Source: Intoshia linei
Lineage: Eukaryota > Animalia > Orthonectida
Reading direction: 5' to 3'
NCBI GenBank assembly: GCA_001642005.1
Contig: LWCA01000287.1
Location: 1 to 33,633, forward strand
DNA length: 33,633 bases
Position 1 is the first letter of the stretch. Each line of letters begins with the position of its first letter. Below the pieces are notes generated by a model. It saw nothing but the letters and a program-made list of their open reading frames with translations. It was not told where the DNA came from and ran no database searches. This document shows positions 21,666-33,468 of the stretch, piece by piece. Made by a program: the position numbers and the translations under genes.

Positions 21666-22708
21666 TTAATCTCATAAAAAATTAAATGTTTCCAATTTTA
21701 TGTATGTCAGTATCGATACAGTTAGTACAGCAATATGTAGTGTAGCAACTTGATATAATGATTAAAATATATCAGATAAAAATCAATTTGAGTCATTCAC
21801 AAGGTAATGTCTAGGACTCGAAGGTAAAGCTAGTGCTAATGTTTATATTAATTATAATTTTTAACCAGTGTGGTAACTTATTTAGTCACATTATGGAATA
21901 TCAATAACTATAAATATATAATGATTAAATCATTAATTATAAATTCTAATTCAACATGTATAACTTTTGCAAGATGTCTTGTTTGTTTGTTGTCTTGATT
22001 CTTGAATATTTTTTACTGTCTTGTAAATATTCCATCATAGTAATTTTGATGTAGAAATATTTCATTTTTCTTAATACAATTTTTCATCAAAATCAAATAA
22101 CGTTTCTAACATAATCATGGTATTTTATCAAAACTTACATTAAAATGTCAATTCTTGCAAATGCTTTAATTAGTACAAGATATTTTCCCTAAGGGTTTCA
22201 ATTTGATTGATGAAATGGTTGAGAGAACTACAATTGTTTTTGTAGATGAAGACGCCAATTTGAGAAGTTGAAAATAGGTTTTTGGAAGCGGTAAAAAATG
22301 TAACAAAAGAAAAATTTTTAGAGCAGAATTCTCAGTTAACTTTCATTTTAATGTTTAAACACTTAAACTAAATACTATACAAGTATTTCACTGGAAATGG
22401 TTAAGTGCTTTTTGGACCATGGTCAATTGAAAATATTTGACTACTTGCCTAAGGAATCTTGGCCTATAAATCGTATATTTATTGATAAAAAAATTTGTAG
22501 TGTATTTTGGCAATTCCCTCTTATGAAAATCAATTAACTTGCCATTTTTGTAATGATGACAAAGTACATAATGCAACAAAGACCCATATAAAATAAAAAA
22601 TTTATTATATCGAATATTGATCCAAAATGTGGATTTCACATACAGATAAATAAATATATCTTAATAATAATACTATTAAAATATATAAATCCATTTAATT
22701 TTATATTT

Positions 22709-23571
22709 TTATGTGAATGTGTCAAAATTTGAAACTTCTGGAAAATGATTTACAGCATTGACTGAACCCATATCCTCTAATGTTATATATCCGTTTTTAG
22801 CAAGGTTTCTTCTAAATGGAAGTAAATAAAATAAAATATACAATATTACTTCTTATTGAGATAGCGATACATGATAAATGCAATCACGGGAACAGAAGAA
22901 ATGACGATGCACATGATCACAATCAAAACAGCAGGATTAGATGCATCAGATACATGTTTTCCTTGATTACGTTCTGTAAGCGGTGTGAGAGGTTTATACG
23001 GTGTTGATTCATTACGAAAACGATCAGTTTCATTGATATGATAAAGTGGAAAGTCTTGAATTTTTTGTTTAACCGTTGTGGATAGATTGTTCAAAGAATT
23101 TGATTCATGTAAATTTGAATCTGGCGTACTGATTGGTTTAATTGTACTGGATGTAATATTAGATAAAGTTAGATTTTCCACAGTTGTAGTTTCAGTTTCA
23201 TTTTTATTTACAGGATTTATAATCTTTGTGTCATTTAAATTTAAACTTTTTCCACCAAAATCAGTACTATTTGTTGAAGTTGCATTAGATAATGGAATTG
23301 GCTCAATTTTTGAATCTGTAATATTGCCATTTACTAAACTGTTGACCGTGTCAATGCTACTGTGTGTCTCATTTAATTTTACGGTGGAATTGTCGACTTT
23401 TATTGTCATATTTTTTGGAGAATCAGTTTGGTTAGTTTTTTTTACATTGTCATAGTTGTAATCTGTCGTATTGTCCAGGCTAAATACAATGAACGATACT
23501 AAATTCAATTAAAATACAAATTTTATTCATTTCTTACGTAATACAACTATCGTTGAAATTATAATTTTCAT
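22709..23571 (-). CDS. Mucin-like, highly N-glycosylated type I membrane protein, ~261 aa, 3 exons
   Basis: Exons 23571-23538, 23498-22850 and 22811-22709 splice in frame. Signal peptide MKIIISTIVVLLSFIVFS; S/T/N-rich ectodomain with 15 NxS/T sequons; TM AVLIVIMCIVISSVPVIAFIM; basic stop-transfer YRYLNKKR; cytosolic GYITL. Confidence 0.85.
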
Positions 23572-23883
23572 AAGTTTCTTGATTTGAAAATAATTAACTT
23601 CAAATAAACAGAATCATTCGTTCTTATCAATTAATCCAAGTTTGTTATGGAACGTATCTTGGTAATACATTGTGGCGACATTTTATAAATAATTTGAATA
23701 CGTTCAAGTTAAATTTTATTCAGTTATGTAGGACACGTGGATTCTCTAATTTATTGATTTTTTAAATTTATAATCAACAAAAAATGAGACAATGAGATAT
23801 TATTACAATAATATTAACAAATTGAAAATGATTTAATGATTCAATCAATTTAGTTTTTGAAACACAATTTGTACAATGTACAA

Positions 23884-25139
23884 TCCTTTACTTAAATAAA
23901 AATATATAAAATTGAATGTCTGTGTGTTACCGTATACTTAAAAAATGAACAGTCGTAGAATTTAAAAAACCTAATTTCTAATAGTTTTTCGCAAGGTGTG
24001 TTGATATCTATTTTTCAATTTTCGAATTTGAGTTCTTTAGTGCATAAACCTAACATCAACCCAAAAATTTAATCAAAAATAAATTCGGGACGAGTTGCAA
24101 AAAAATCATTAACATTGTCGTAAATCTTAAAAAAGATTCAGAAACGCACACCTATGTGGTCAAAACCATAAATTACCCTTTTTTTAATAAATGACAATAT
24201 ACATAATTAAATTTTAATGTAGTCCTACAATTTAAAAAAAATTTACAGTTGATACAATTATATCCAGTAAACCAGTACTTTCCAACCGGTGTGTCGCCAA
24301 ACTTTTTAAAATTTGTATGACCAAATAAAATTTTTGGTTTTAAATAGCATAAATAAGATTTTCAAATGAAAATAAAATTTTTACATAACTAAAATAGTGT
24401 TATTTTTCACTAAATTTAATTAAATTCATCACCAAAATGATTATTTTACAGTCAAAATCAATAAATAAAACATCAAATTACTTATAAAATACACCTTTTC
24501 ATATCGTTTTTGAAATAATGAAAAAATAATTTAAATCTCGTTTATACAAATGTAATTTTTTTAATAAGATTACATATATAATTATTTTTAATCTATAGTG
24601 GAGCAGTTATTTTAAATTTATTTTGAGATTATTATTGGAAAAAATTTCGTTTCAACGAATCAATAGTATATTTTTAGATTGGTTTATCGCAAAAAGTTTT
24701 CCGATTGAAATGTGTGTCGCCAACCAAAATGGGTTGGAAAGCACTGCAGTAAACACACACAAAATTCAATATAACAGAGTCACCCCTTCACGGTCAAAAA
24801 AGAACTTTAGTATTCATTTTAAAACTATTTTATTGTGATACAGTTTATTCCAATTGATATAAATACACAATTTCAACCTCAGAAAATCCTCAGAAATCTA
24901 CGCATTCCTGGTGAAAAATAACTTTTAATATATTATCAACCAATACTTTTAAAATGTTTGGACTAAAATTAAAATATTCATCTTACAATTTCAAAAAAAA
25001 TGTAAATCATGTGTAGACGTTCATTGTCAATGAAAGTTGAGATTTTATTATTGAATTTATTTTTTCGGTTGAATTAAAAAAGTCTCCAAGTCTCGCAGTT
25101 AGGATGCTGTTTTGTACTTTGTACAAAACAGTCATATAG
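23884..25139 (+). mobile_element. Non-autonomous Helitron-like element (hosts a nested hAT MITE)
   Basis: 5' A|TCCTTTACTT...GTCTGTGTGTT. 3' perfect 11-bp hairpin CTGTTTTGTAC-TTT-GTACAAAACAG (25107-25131) then ATAG|T (degenerate CTAG). Body homologous to ~6010-6420. Confidence 0.75.
24273..24746. mobile_element. hAT-type MITE nested in the Helitron-like element
   Basis: TIRs CAGTACTTTCCAACC / GGTTGGAAAGCACTG (14/15). Perfect 8-bp TSD CAGTAAAC (24265-24272, 24747-24754). The empty site is visible in the paralogous copy near 6084-6100. Confidence 0.93.
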
Positions 25140-25352
25140 TTAATTATAATGAATTGAAATAAAATTTTAACTGATAGAAATAATTATAAAAGTGTATTTA
25201 TACTATTTACAAGGTTTTATAACCATTAAATTAATCTTTATTTGGATTAATAATTGGCGGATAAATTTCATTTTTTATTAATTCTTGTTTATCCAACTAA
25301 AAATAAAATTAATTGATAAATACAATGAGCCATTATAATTTTTATTATCCAA

Positions 25353-28300
25353 TTATTGACCAATATTGGATGAATCAGTCTACAGAAAAAATGGAATGCA
25401 TTCCATCATATAAAAAATATAAAATTTACAACTACAATTATACTGTAGTTCAAAACTTACTTTACTTGAAGCTTGAAATTTAATTGATTCTTTCTTAGCT
25501 TCAATCCCAACTTCTCCAGTGCAATACGAATCATAAATTGTAGACATACAACACTTATATCCCCATTCGCCATTTAGATAATGAGAACCCCATATAGTCT
25601 AAAAAATATAATATTTAAAAAAATGAGATAATATAATATATTAGAGCAGTGAATGAATTTTACTGTTTTAATGGTCAATAAAAATTTTTTTTAATATTTA
25701 TTTATTATACATATGTATAAATAAATTGTCCCTTCGATCCCATTTTCTATTGATTGTATTAGATCTAGCAAATAGTGCAACTAATCCACTAATGGGGTAT
25801 GAAATGGGACACAAAGGGGGGGGGGGTTGTGTAACACTAAATTATAAAATCTAAAAATAAAAAAATTACAACGTGATTTCCATGATAATCGTCTTCAGGG
25901 TAAATAGAAAGAATCTTGGTAACATTGGAACTCTTAATTAATTTACCCGTATTGTCATATTCCTCATATGCATCAGTTTGAGAAATATCCAATATTTTGT
26001 CATGATCTTTCATATACTGTTCACCCCCATATTTGTTAATAATATCTTTGGATAACGAAATTTTGTGATGTTTAACCCTCTGTTTATATGCTTTATTTAA
26101 TAAAGCTAATTTGGTAGGATCAGCTGACAACTGAACTTCAGTCCCTCGCTCATAAGCTTCCCAGGCAAAGAGCTGCTGTTGAGTCATATTTTGAACATCA
26201 CCAGACGCTAATTCAAAATTGTCACCAAAATAGTTCTTATTGACGTCGCTTTTATTGGTACCGACAAAAGGATTATCACGCATTGAACGACTTTTAGGGT
26301 CATAAAACGCTGAACTCAAATCCAAATTGTACAAATATTTAGCCGTATCCTCTCTAATCCTCAAATTTCTAACAGTAATACGTTCTTTAGACTCAAATTT
26401 TTGTCCTGGTACATCACCAGTTTCTTCGACTTCTTCGTCAGATTTTTTGTCATTAAATTCATTTTCTTCGTCTGCTTTTAAAACAGACTCATTTAATTTA
26501 TCTTCTTTTAATTTTTTACGAGTTTCTTCAATGCTTTCAAACTCTTCTACAACTTCATTATACATTCTAGGATCATACCCCTTCCATCTGTCTCTCTTTG
26601 CAGAAAAATTTAAATTATCGTAAATTTTTTTCTCGACTTCCGTAGGAATGTATCCATCGTCAGAGCATAAATTTTTATTGGAAAATTTTGCAGATATTTT
26701 TCGAGGTTTTTCCATGCATTCCTTTTTTGTGTGCCCCATTGCTCCACAGTTTTCACAGGCCCCAGGTCGATAATGTGTTGAAGGTGGTCGTTTCAATCTG
26801 CTACGTTTTTTCATGATTTCATCAGTTTCGTCGATTGTCACCACATGTTCATAGTGTCTTTGGTGCGATAATGTTGGTGCTCCAGTAGTAATATACCACG
26901 GTGCATCCATCATGTATCTTGGAATGTGTGGATTTATGTCGCTAAATATTGAATTAGTGATATCAAGTACATTTTATTTTTGGTTTAATAAATATAATCA
27001 GAATATACGACAGTCAGTCATTTTGGGTTGGTCCCAAATACAATAGACCTAACTTCCCAGTACTTTAAATTAATTAAAAATAATCTTTTTAAAATGTCTT
27101 TCTAATTATTATGTATCATTGTCGACCTCCACGTTTTTTTATTTAGATATTATTATTAAATTAATTTTTTGATATTTCATTTTTGAAAATTATAAAAACT
27201 ACATACGCTAATTTGTAAATCATCGCTTTTGTGAAAGATTTTGTTAATACATGTATAATATCTATATTTTTTAACCAAACTTTAAAAGAGTTTCTAAATT
27301 TTTTTTTTGAATAATCAAAGTTAAGATTTTTGATTTGTGCAAATTGTTTTATCACTTCATTTAAAGTGTAAATACATTACAGTTTGGTTAAAAAAAATAT
27401 TAAATACTCCCTGGAAAGTTTGGTTAAAAAATATATATAGTATTCTCCCACTACTCGCCAACTCTATAACTCGCCATTAATTTAAAACCATTATTCAAAA
27501 TAAGTTTACAGTTAACTGTTATTTTGTATTAAATTTTACAATTTGTATTACAATTTACATTTTATTGTAATTTAACCTTTAATTTAAAGGTTTTATCTGC
27601 TGTTTCTATAGTTTTAAATTCTCTATTTCGCTAAATTTTTCTAAATCCCAAGAATGGCGAGTTATAAAGACTCTTTATTACAGAAAATACTGTATATAAA
27701 AAAAATTTTAACAAAATCTTTTACAAAATCGAAATTTACAAATTGACGCACTACGTAACATACATTATGTATTTTAGTTGAGTCATTTTTAAGATTGTAG
27801 ATTTTAAGACCATTGTAACAACGCACAGAAAATAATTTAATTGTAAATAATTAAAAAAAAAAAAAGAATCAAAAAAATGCGCGTAAAATTTAAATTATTA
27901 TTTATAGTGAGTTTTTAATTCAACTTTTCATTTATACACAGACAGTCAAATTTTAACACCGATAAGAACTATCGCGATCATTGAATAACAAAGAAATGGT
28001 TATAGTGCAATCTCAATACAAGAACTGCGACACATTTTTCAAAGCGAGCGACATAACTTTAATAATTAAAAATATCAGCGTGACAATATTCATATCACCA
28101 CAATTTTTCCCAAGCATTCAATGTTCATTTTAAAAAATTGATATATAAAGTAAATAATTCAAAATAAAAGCATACTGTCCTCGTTCATCTTTGAGTGGAG
28201 CCATAGCTCCATCTTTTCTGGCCTCGTCCAATTCCTGATATTTTTTATAATCGGATCGTGATTTCATTCTGGTAACATCGCCATCCTCATCAACATCTTG

Positions 28301-28443
28301 CAACTAATTTTCAACTTTAATATTGTAAAAATAATTGGCCACATTTGACAATAACTGTATAAATCTGCATAAAGCCGTATAATATAAATTTAAAAACATA
28401 CTTTAATAATTTTAGAAACGGGTAACGTGTGTTTTTGGGACAT
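25353..28443 (-). CDS. SLU7: Pre-mRNA splicing factor SLU7, ~468 aa, 5 exons
   Basis: Exons 28443-28402, 28303-28176, 26941-25870, 25598-25461 and 25379-25353. Motifs [18 protein letters not shown], zinc knuckle [62 protein letters not shown]...YCTG. The first and last exons are less certain. Confidence 0.95.
27438..27692. mobile_element. pogo-type MITE in SLU7 intron 2
   Basis: Ends TA|TAGTATTCTC / GAAAATACTG|TA. Inner inverted motif CTCTATAACTCGCCATT / AATGGCGAGTTATAAAG. Confidence 0.6.
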
Positions 28444-28567
28444 TTTAAAAGATATGAAATGAAATGTATATAAATTAAAACGAATACATTATAATATATA
28501 CTTTATTGGTATGTTACTAAAACGACTGCATTATATTGTACAATGAAACAATTAAATTAATAGTATA
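28444..28567. promoter_or_regulatory. Putative compact bidirectional promoter between SLU7 and SUZ12
   Basis: Only 124 bp separate the two inferred, divergently oriented ATGs. Promoter function is inferred from this geometry. Confidence 0.55.
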
Positions 28568-31500
28568 ATGGTTACTAAAAAGAAAATTGAACGAATAAAA
28601 GGTTTATATATCTAAACTTTAAAATTTTATTGTAATCAATAGTGGTATGTGAATTTTACAAAATAATGAGTGTGCGAATGGCCATTTCGGTATATTCATG
28701 CCAATATCAATAAATTCAAATATAGCCAATATTATTGAATCGTAATTTACAATATGTGAGAGAATCAACACCCCAACAGGCAATAGCCAAACGGTATGTA
28801 AACTTTGAGTCAATTAGTCACTATCAATTAATTATAAATATCCTTTTTAGTGTTACACATAAACCAAAGCCATTAGAAGACATTGTATCATTTTTAAACA
28901 AACGAGCGTATATTTATTTTATTCTGTTTTTTTCATATGTAGGGATGATAATTCTTAAAATGAAATTAAAAAATAAATTTTTAGATTGCCAATTTCACGC
29001 CATTTTATACTGTTTGTGAAAAATATCAAAGTTAACAATAGTAATATTTTGATTTCAAAATTTGGTTTGATTTGAAATTTTTAAGATAAAAACTATGAAG
29101 TTGAAAAGAATGTAAAGTTGCAAATTTATTTTGTGACTGGAACAGATTCTACTGAACGTATAATTAAATACGTTGGTTCATGCATAGCTCCATCAAGTGA
29201 TCGAAACATTTCTCCACTTAAATGGCAAAAATTTAATGTACAGTTGCCCTTAAGTATGCAAATTAAAATGTTGCTTAAAACTAAATATACCAATAATTTA
29301 CTTAAAGGAAGTAACGAAAATTATGGTATCATTGTGTATATTTTTGTAAATCCATGTAGATCAATTTGACAATGATGTCTGTTTTGAATTAAAAAATGTC
29401 ACGTGTCTTAAAAGTGGACAGTACAATTTAATGTCGAAAAATAGTTTTTATATTTTTCAGTTTCGTTTATGATTTCATTTAGATATGTGGACTGTCAATT
29501 TACAATTGTTGTTTGATGAAGAAATTGATTCACTTCTTTCGCTTATTCCTTGCCCGGGTACGATTTCGTTATTACAAATTTATTTCATTTACAATACATT
29601 AACGGTACCCAACACTTTTGCCTCTGTCGAAAATGTACAGTAATAAATTTAACGGCGCATTGGGCAAAATAGTTTGGGAATTTTTCAACAGTATTTTAAT
29701 TAATAATGTTTAAATTATGCTTTTAGACAAGGAAGAACAAATTCTAGCTTATTCTGTTGATAACAACATTAAATTAACTTATGAATTTGTCGAATTGAAG
29801 CAGGATAATCGCAAATTTGTGAGCGAAACACATTCATATAACCGTTGTCCATGGTGCTTTGAAACTCTACCCAATATTTTTGCTTTAATGCAGCATTTGA
29901 AATTTTTCCATTCTTGGTTTACGTTTAATCTATCCGCTGTAATTTATATTGATATAAATTTAATATAATTATAAGTTTATTGAGTACAGCTTTTGAAATT
30001 TTTTCAACAAAATTTCAATGTTGACTCCTTTATATATTTTAAATGGCGAACATTCATTTGAGCATGTATTGTTAGAGCGACATAATCATATATTTTGCTA
30101 ATTAATCATATTGATTTAATCACCCAATTTTTAAAAATTTTCAAAACAATTTTGAGACCAAAATTTGATAGGTTTTTTTTATGGGAAGCTTTTTTTCACC
30201 CAATTTTTAAATATTTTGAAGATAATTTTGGGATCAAAATTTGGTAGGGTTTTTAAATTTTTAAAGAATTTGAACATAATTTTGGTGCTAAGATTTGGTA
30301 GGATTTTTAAGGGAATATTTTTAACATTTAAAAATATCTTCAAAATCTTTAGAAATTTGGTAAAAAAAATATTCGCTTAAAAACCTTTCAAAATTTTGGA
30401 CGAAAAATTATCATAGAAACCTTTAAAAATTTGGTAATAAAAATTGTGTCCTTAAAATCCCTTCAAAATTTTGGACGAAAAATTATCATAACAAACATTT
30501 AAAAATTTGGTAAAAAAATTGTTCTCTTAAAAACCCTTCAAAATTTTGGACGAAAAATTATCATGAAAACGTTTTAAAATTTGGTAAAAAAATTGTTCCC
30601 TTAAAACTAACCTAACTAAATTTTGGACCAAAAATTATCTTATAATTTTTTAAAAATATATATAGTGAAAAATTTTCCCTAAAGACGCCCACAAAAAGTT
30701 CTTGAAAAAATCATGATAAATTAGTAAAATTGATGATTATGTCATTTTGAGTATTCCCGTTCAATTTTTATATATGCAATTAGGATTCTCCATTTTCATA
30801 CCGAATAAAAGTAAAATTGAAATCATATATTGATGAAACGTATGAAGGCCCACAACAACACCTACCAGTAAACCCTCATTCAAAAGATATATTAATGTTT
30901 CATCACGGTCCACACCAAATTGTTCCATACACTGAAACATTAGTATCAGGGTAATAAATTCATGGATATATTAGGCCTTTACATTTTATTTTTAGAAAAA
31001 CCCTCTTAAATTATGAATTATCTCAGTTTACTGACTCGAATCAAGTTTTTAAAATTATTCCAAATCATAATAGGTGATTTTTTTAATTTTAATATACATT
31101 ATACCACTGAATCATTAGAGTTTACTACAACCCCACTTCCTGCCGTCAACTTTCAGCCTCAGAAGTAATAAAATCTCAATTGCACGAATCTTCCACTGAT
31201 TGGATCAAACAATTAAATACAATTGTAAATTAATATATTTTAAATACAAATTTTATAATTTTCATAGATGATTAATGATTTTTATGATGTTTCCAACGAT
31301 GAAAAAAAATTTATGCTCATGTGGAATAATTATTTATCCGAAAAAAAGTTATTAAACACGGACTAATAACTAAATAACTTATTTAGATGTTTTGCTGATT
31401 CGCAAATGTACACAACTTGCTGTTCATTTCTGATAAAAAATAAAAATTTTATAGATTGTGATGAAATGTGGAACCAATTTCTGCACCATATTACAAACCT

Positions 31501-31576
31501 TTTCGATTACCATCTTTTAAATCAGGATCAAATTTATGAATTAATTTCGAGAAATTTGAAAATGAATCAAGATTAA
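28568..31576 (+). CDS. SUZ12: Polycomb repressive complex 2 subunit SUZ12 (multi-exon)
   Basis: N-terminal spliced motif EFYKIMSVRMAIS|PILLNRNLQYV (exons 28568-28601, 28643-28689, 28726-28793). C2H2-type finger RCPWC...LMQHLKFFHSWFTF (~29843-29926). VEFS box HNR|VYY...DWIKQ...MINDFYDVSNDEKKFMLMWN...FADSQM...FLHHITNLFDYHLL. Stop TAA at 31574-31576. Middle exons were not fully resolved. Confidence 0.92.
30069..30745. mobile_element. Foldback-like MITE with ~45-bp TIRs and inverted modular tandem repeats, in a SUZ12 intron
   Basis: Left GAGCGACATAATCATATATTTTGCTAATTAATCAT versus right ATGATAAATTAGTAAAATTGATGATTATGTC. Internal ~60-70 bp repeats (AAAATTTTGGACGAAAAATTATCAT x3). The same TIR recurs at 31605-31839. 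Confidence 0.75.
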
Positions 31577-31604
31577 CTGTTTATATTTAAAATTAAATTC
31601 TAAT

Positions 31605-31839
31605 TCATTACAGCGACATTATCATCGATTTTGTTAATTAATCATAATATTTTTATGGTTTCTGACAATGACTAACACTTTTTAGAGTTCTATGAATGGA
31701 ATATTTTTTTCTACCATTTTTAAAAATTTTGTTAAAAAAAATGTTACCTTAAATAAATATGAATAAGAAACCCACTAAAATTTCGTGAAAAAATCAACAT
31801 GATAAATTAGTAAAATCGATGATTATGTCGCTCAAACGA
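31605..31839. mobile_element. Short copy of the same ~45-bp-TIR MITE family between the SUZ12 and AMPK-gamma stop codons
   Basis: CAGCGACATTATCATCGATTTTGTTAATTAATCAT (31611-31645) is inverted relative to ATGATAAATTAGTAAAATCGATGATTATGTCGCTC (31799-31833). Confidence 0.8.
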
Positions 31840-31888
31840 ATGTACGTCGTTAAGAATTGTAATTGGTAAATTTAATGATTTTATTAAA

Positions 31889-33468
31889 TTAAAAAAAACT
31901 GGATTGATCGTCATGATTTTTTAAGACTATGAATTTGAGTATATCAGATAACGACAATATTCCGACCAACTTTTCGTTCTCGTCGATTACGTTAAGTCGA
32001 TGAATCTAAATTAAAATTAAAGTTTTGAAATTAAAATATAGAATGTTGTACCCCATACAAACAAATTTTATCGATTGCAGCTAATAATGTATTCGACTTT
32101 TTGATGTAATATACAGTTTCAGGATTCTAAATTGGAAATCAAAATAAATGATTTAAAAAATAAGGGTAGTTAAACAAAAATAAATGTCGACTAATAAAAT
32201 TTTACCATAACTTTTAACCTTTTCACTTCATTTATAGACATATCAATTCTAGAATCATGTAAATGTATTATAAACAAATAGATACGTAAATATATTGCTC
32301 GCCACAAGGTTCTAATATATAATGTATAAATTATAACAATTATCCTTTAACGGTTTGGTTTCAAAAAACCCATGTCTTTAAGGTTTGGTAAAAAGTATAA
32401 TCTGAAAATTTAAAAAGTACATATATAAGTAACCAACTCTGTACCAACCTAACTAAAGGGAAATATCCCCTTTTTTCAATATTTTTTTGAAAAATCCGAT
32501 TTTAACCAAATCTTATGAACAACAAATTCTTAATCCATTACCAAAAATAAAAAATCCAATATTACCAATCTAACTTAGGGAAATATTCCCTTTTTCCAAT
32601 ATTTTTTTGAAAAACACGATTTTACCAAATTCTATGAGGAAAACCTTTCATTTTTTCATAAATGTTATATATTTCATGTTTTCATTGGAATCCAAAAAAT
32701 AAATTTTAGAATTGAGGGTCCGCACACTATTTTAATCTGGACCACTGCAGTAAAGGTTACTATAAACCAAGGATTCTCAACCTTTTTTAAGCCCCTTAGT
32801 CAAAATTTTTTCATTTAGCAGGATTTTTATTGCAGGATTATCGCGCCCTCCAAAAATATTCATCATGGACTCTAATAATTAAAAACAAGTAAAAAACCTT
32901 GATTTTAGTGTAACGTGTAGCTTTATACGTTTAATGCAATGTATAAGAAAATTATAATATCAATTTAAAAATAAGTTTTCTGAAAATAAATAGCCCTAAA
33001 TGGGCGATATCGCCCCGTTGACAATCCCTGATATAAACGATGAAACTATATACTAACATATAAGTACAAATATGTCAAATTTGCTGAACACATCAACAAC
33101 TTTGCCATTATCATCAACAATTGGTAAAGAGGATATTCGTTGATCCACCAATAAACGTAAGGCGTCTTTTAAAATGCAATCGTATTTTATCTAAATCAAT
33201 CAATATTAATAATATATTATGAATCATAAGTCTACTATCACTATTTTTTTCTTAGAAAAATTTATGGTGCGCTCCAAATTTTAATGTATTTGACAGGTTC
33301 ACCCTGAAGTAAAAAAAGTATTCAGTGACAAATATGAAGCGTTTTTTTGCCAACACGATATACAATAGTTCTTAAAATTAAAATTACCGTAAATGTACTT
33401 TTATAGGTTCCAATATTCAAATCGTCAATAGATTTATACAAAAAAGATGGTAAACAAACAGTTTTGAT
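31889..33468 (-). CDS. PRKAG: 5'-AMP-activated protein kinase gamma subunit (CBS domains 3-4); 5' exons beyond the right edge
   Basis: Exons 33468-33388, 33190-33068, 32311-32286, 32248-32206, 32126-32052 and 32005-31889 are in frame: [71 protein letters not shown]. Confidence 0.93.
32440..32645. repeat. ~120-bp-period degenerate tandem duplication (dispersed family, related to ~10090-10230)
   Basis: ACCAA.CTAACT.A.GGGAAA...CCCTTTTT.CAATATTTTTTTGAAAAA...GATTTT occurs at ~32443 and ~32564. Confidence 0.7.
32768..33030. mobile_element. hAT-type MITE in an AMPK-gamma intron
   Basis: TIRs CAAGGATTCTCAAC / GTTGACAATCCCTG (12/14). Flanks CTATAAAC / ATATAAAC (7/8). Subterminal palindrome GGGCGATATCGCCC at 33002-33015. 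Confidence 0.82.

Noticed and set aside
16897-26623. Plus-strand ORFs 16897-17298, 22816-23007, 23078-23455 and 26327-26623
   Set aside because: Antisense to the transposase, the mucin-like gene and SLU7 respectively.
30069-31839. Pack-type element enclosing the SUZ12 VEFS exons (outer TIRs with ATGTA flanks)
   Set aside because: Each end has its own closer partner TIR (~30710-30745 and ~31605-31645), so these are two independent copies. The 5-bp match is likely chance.
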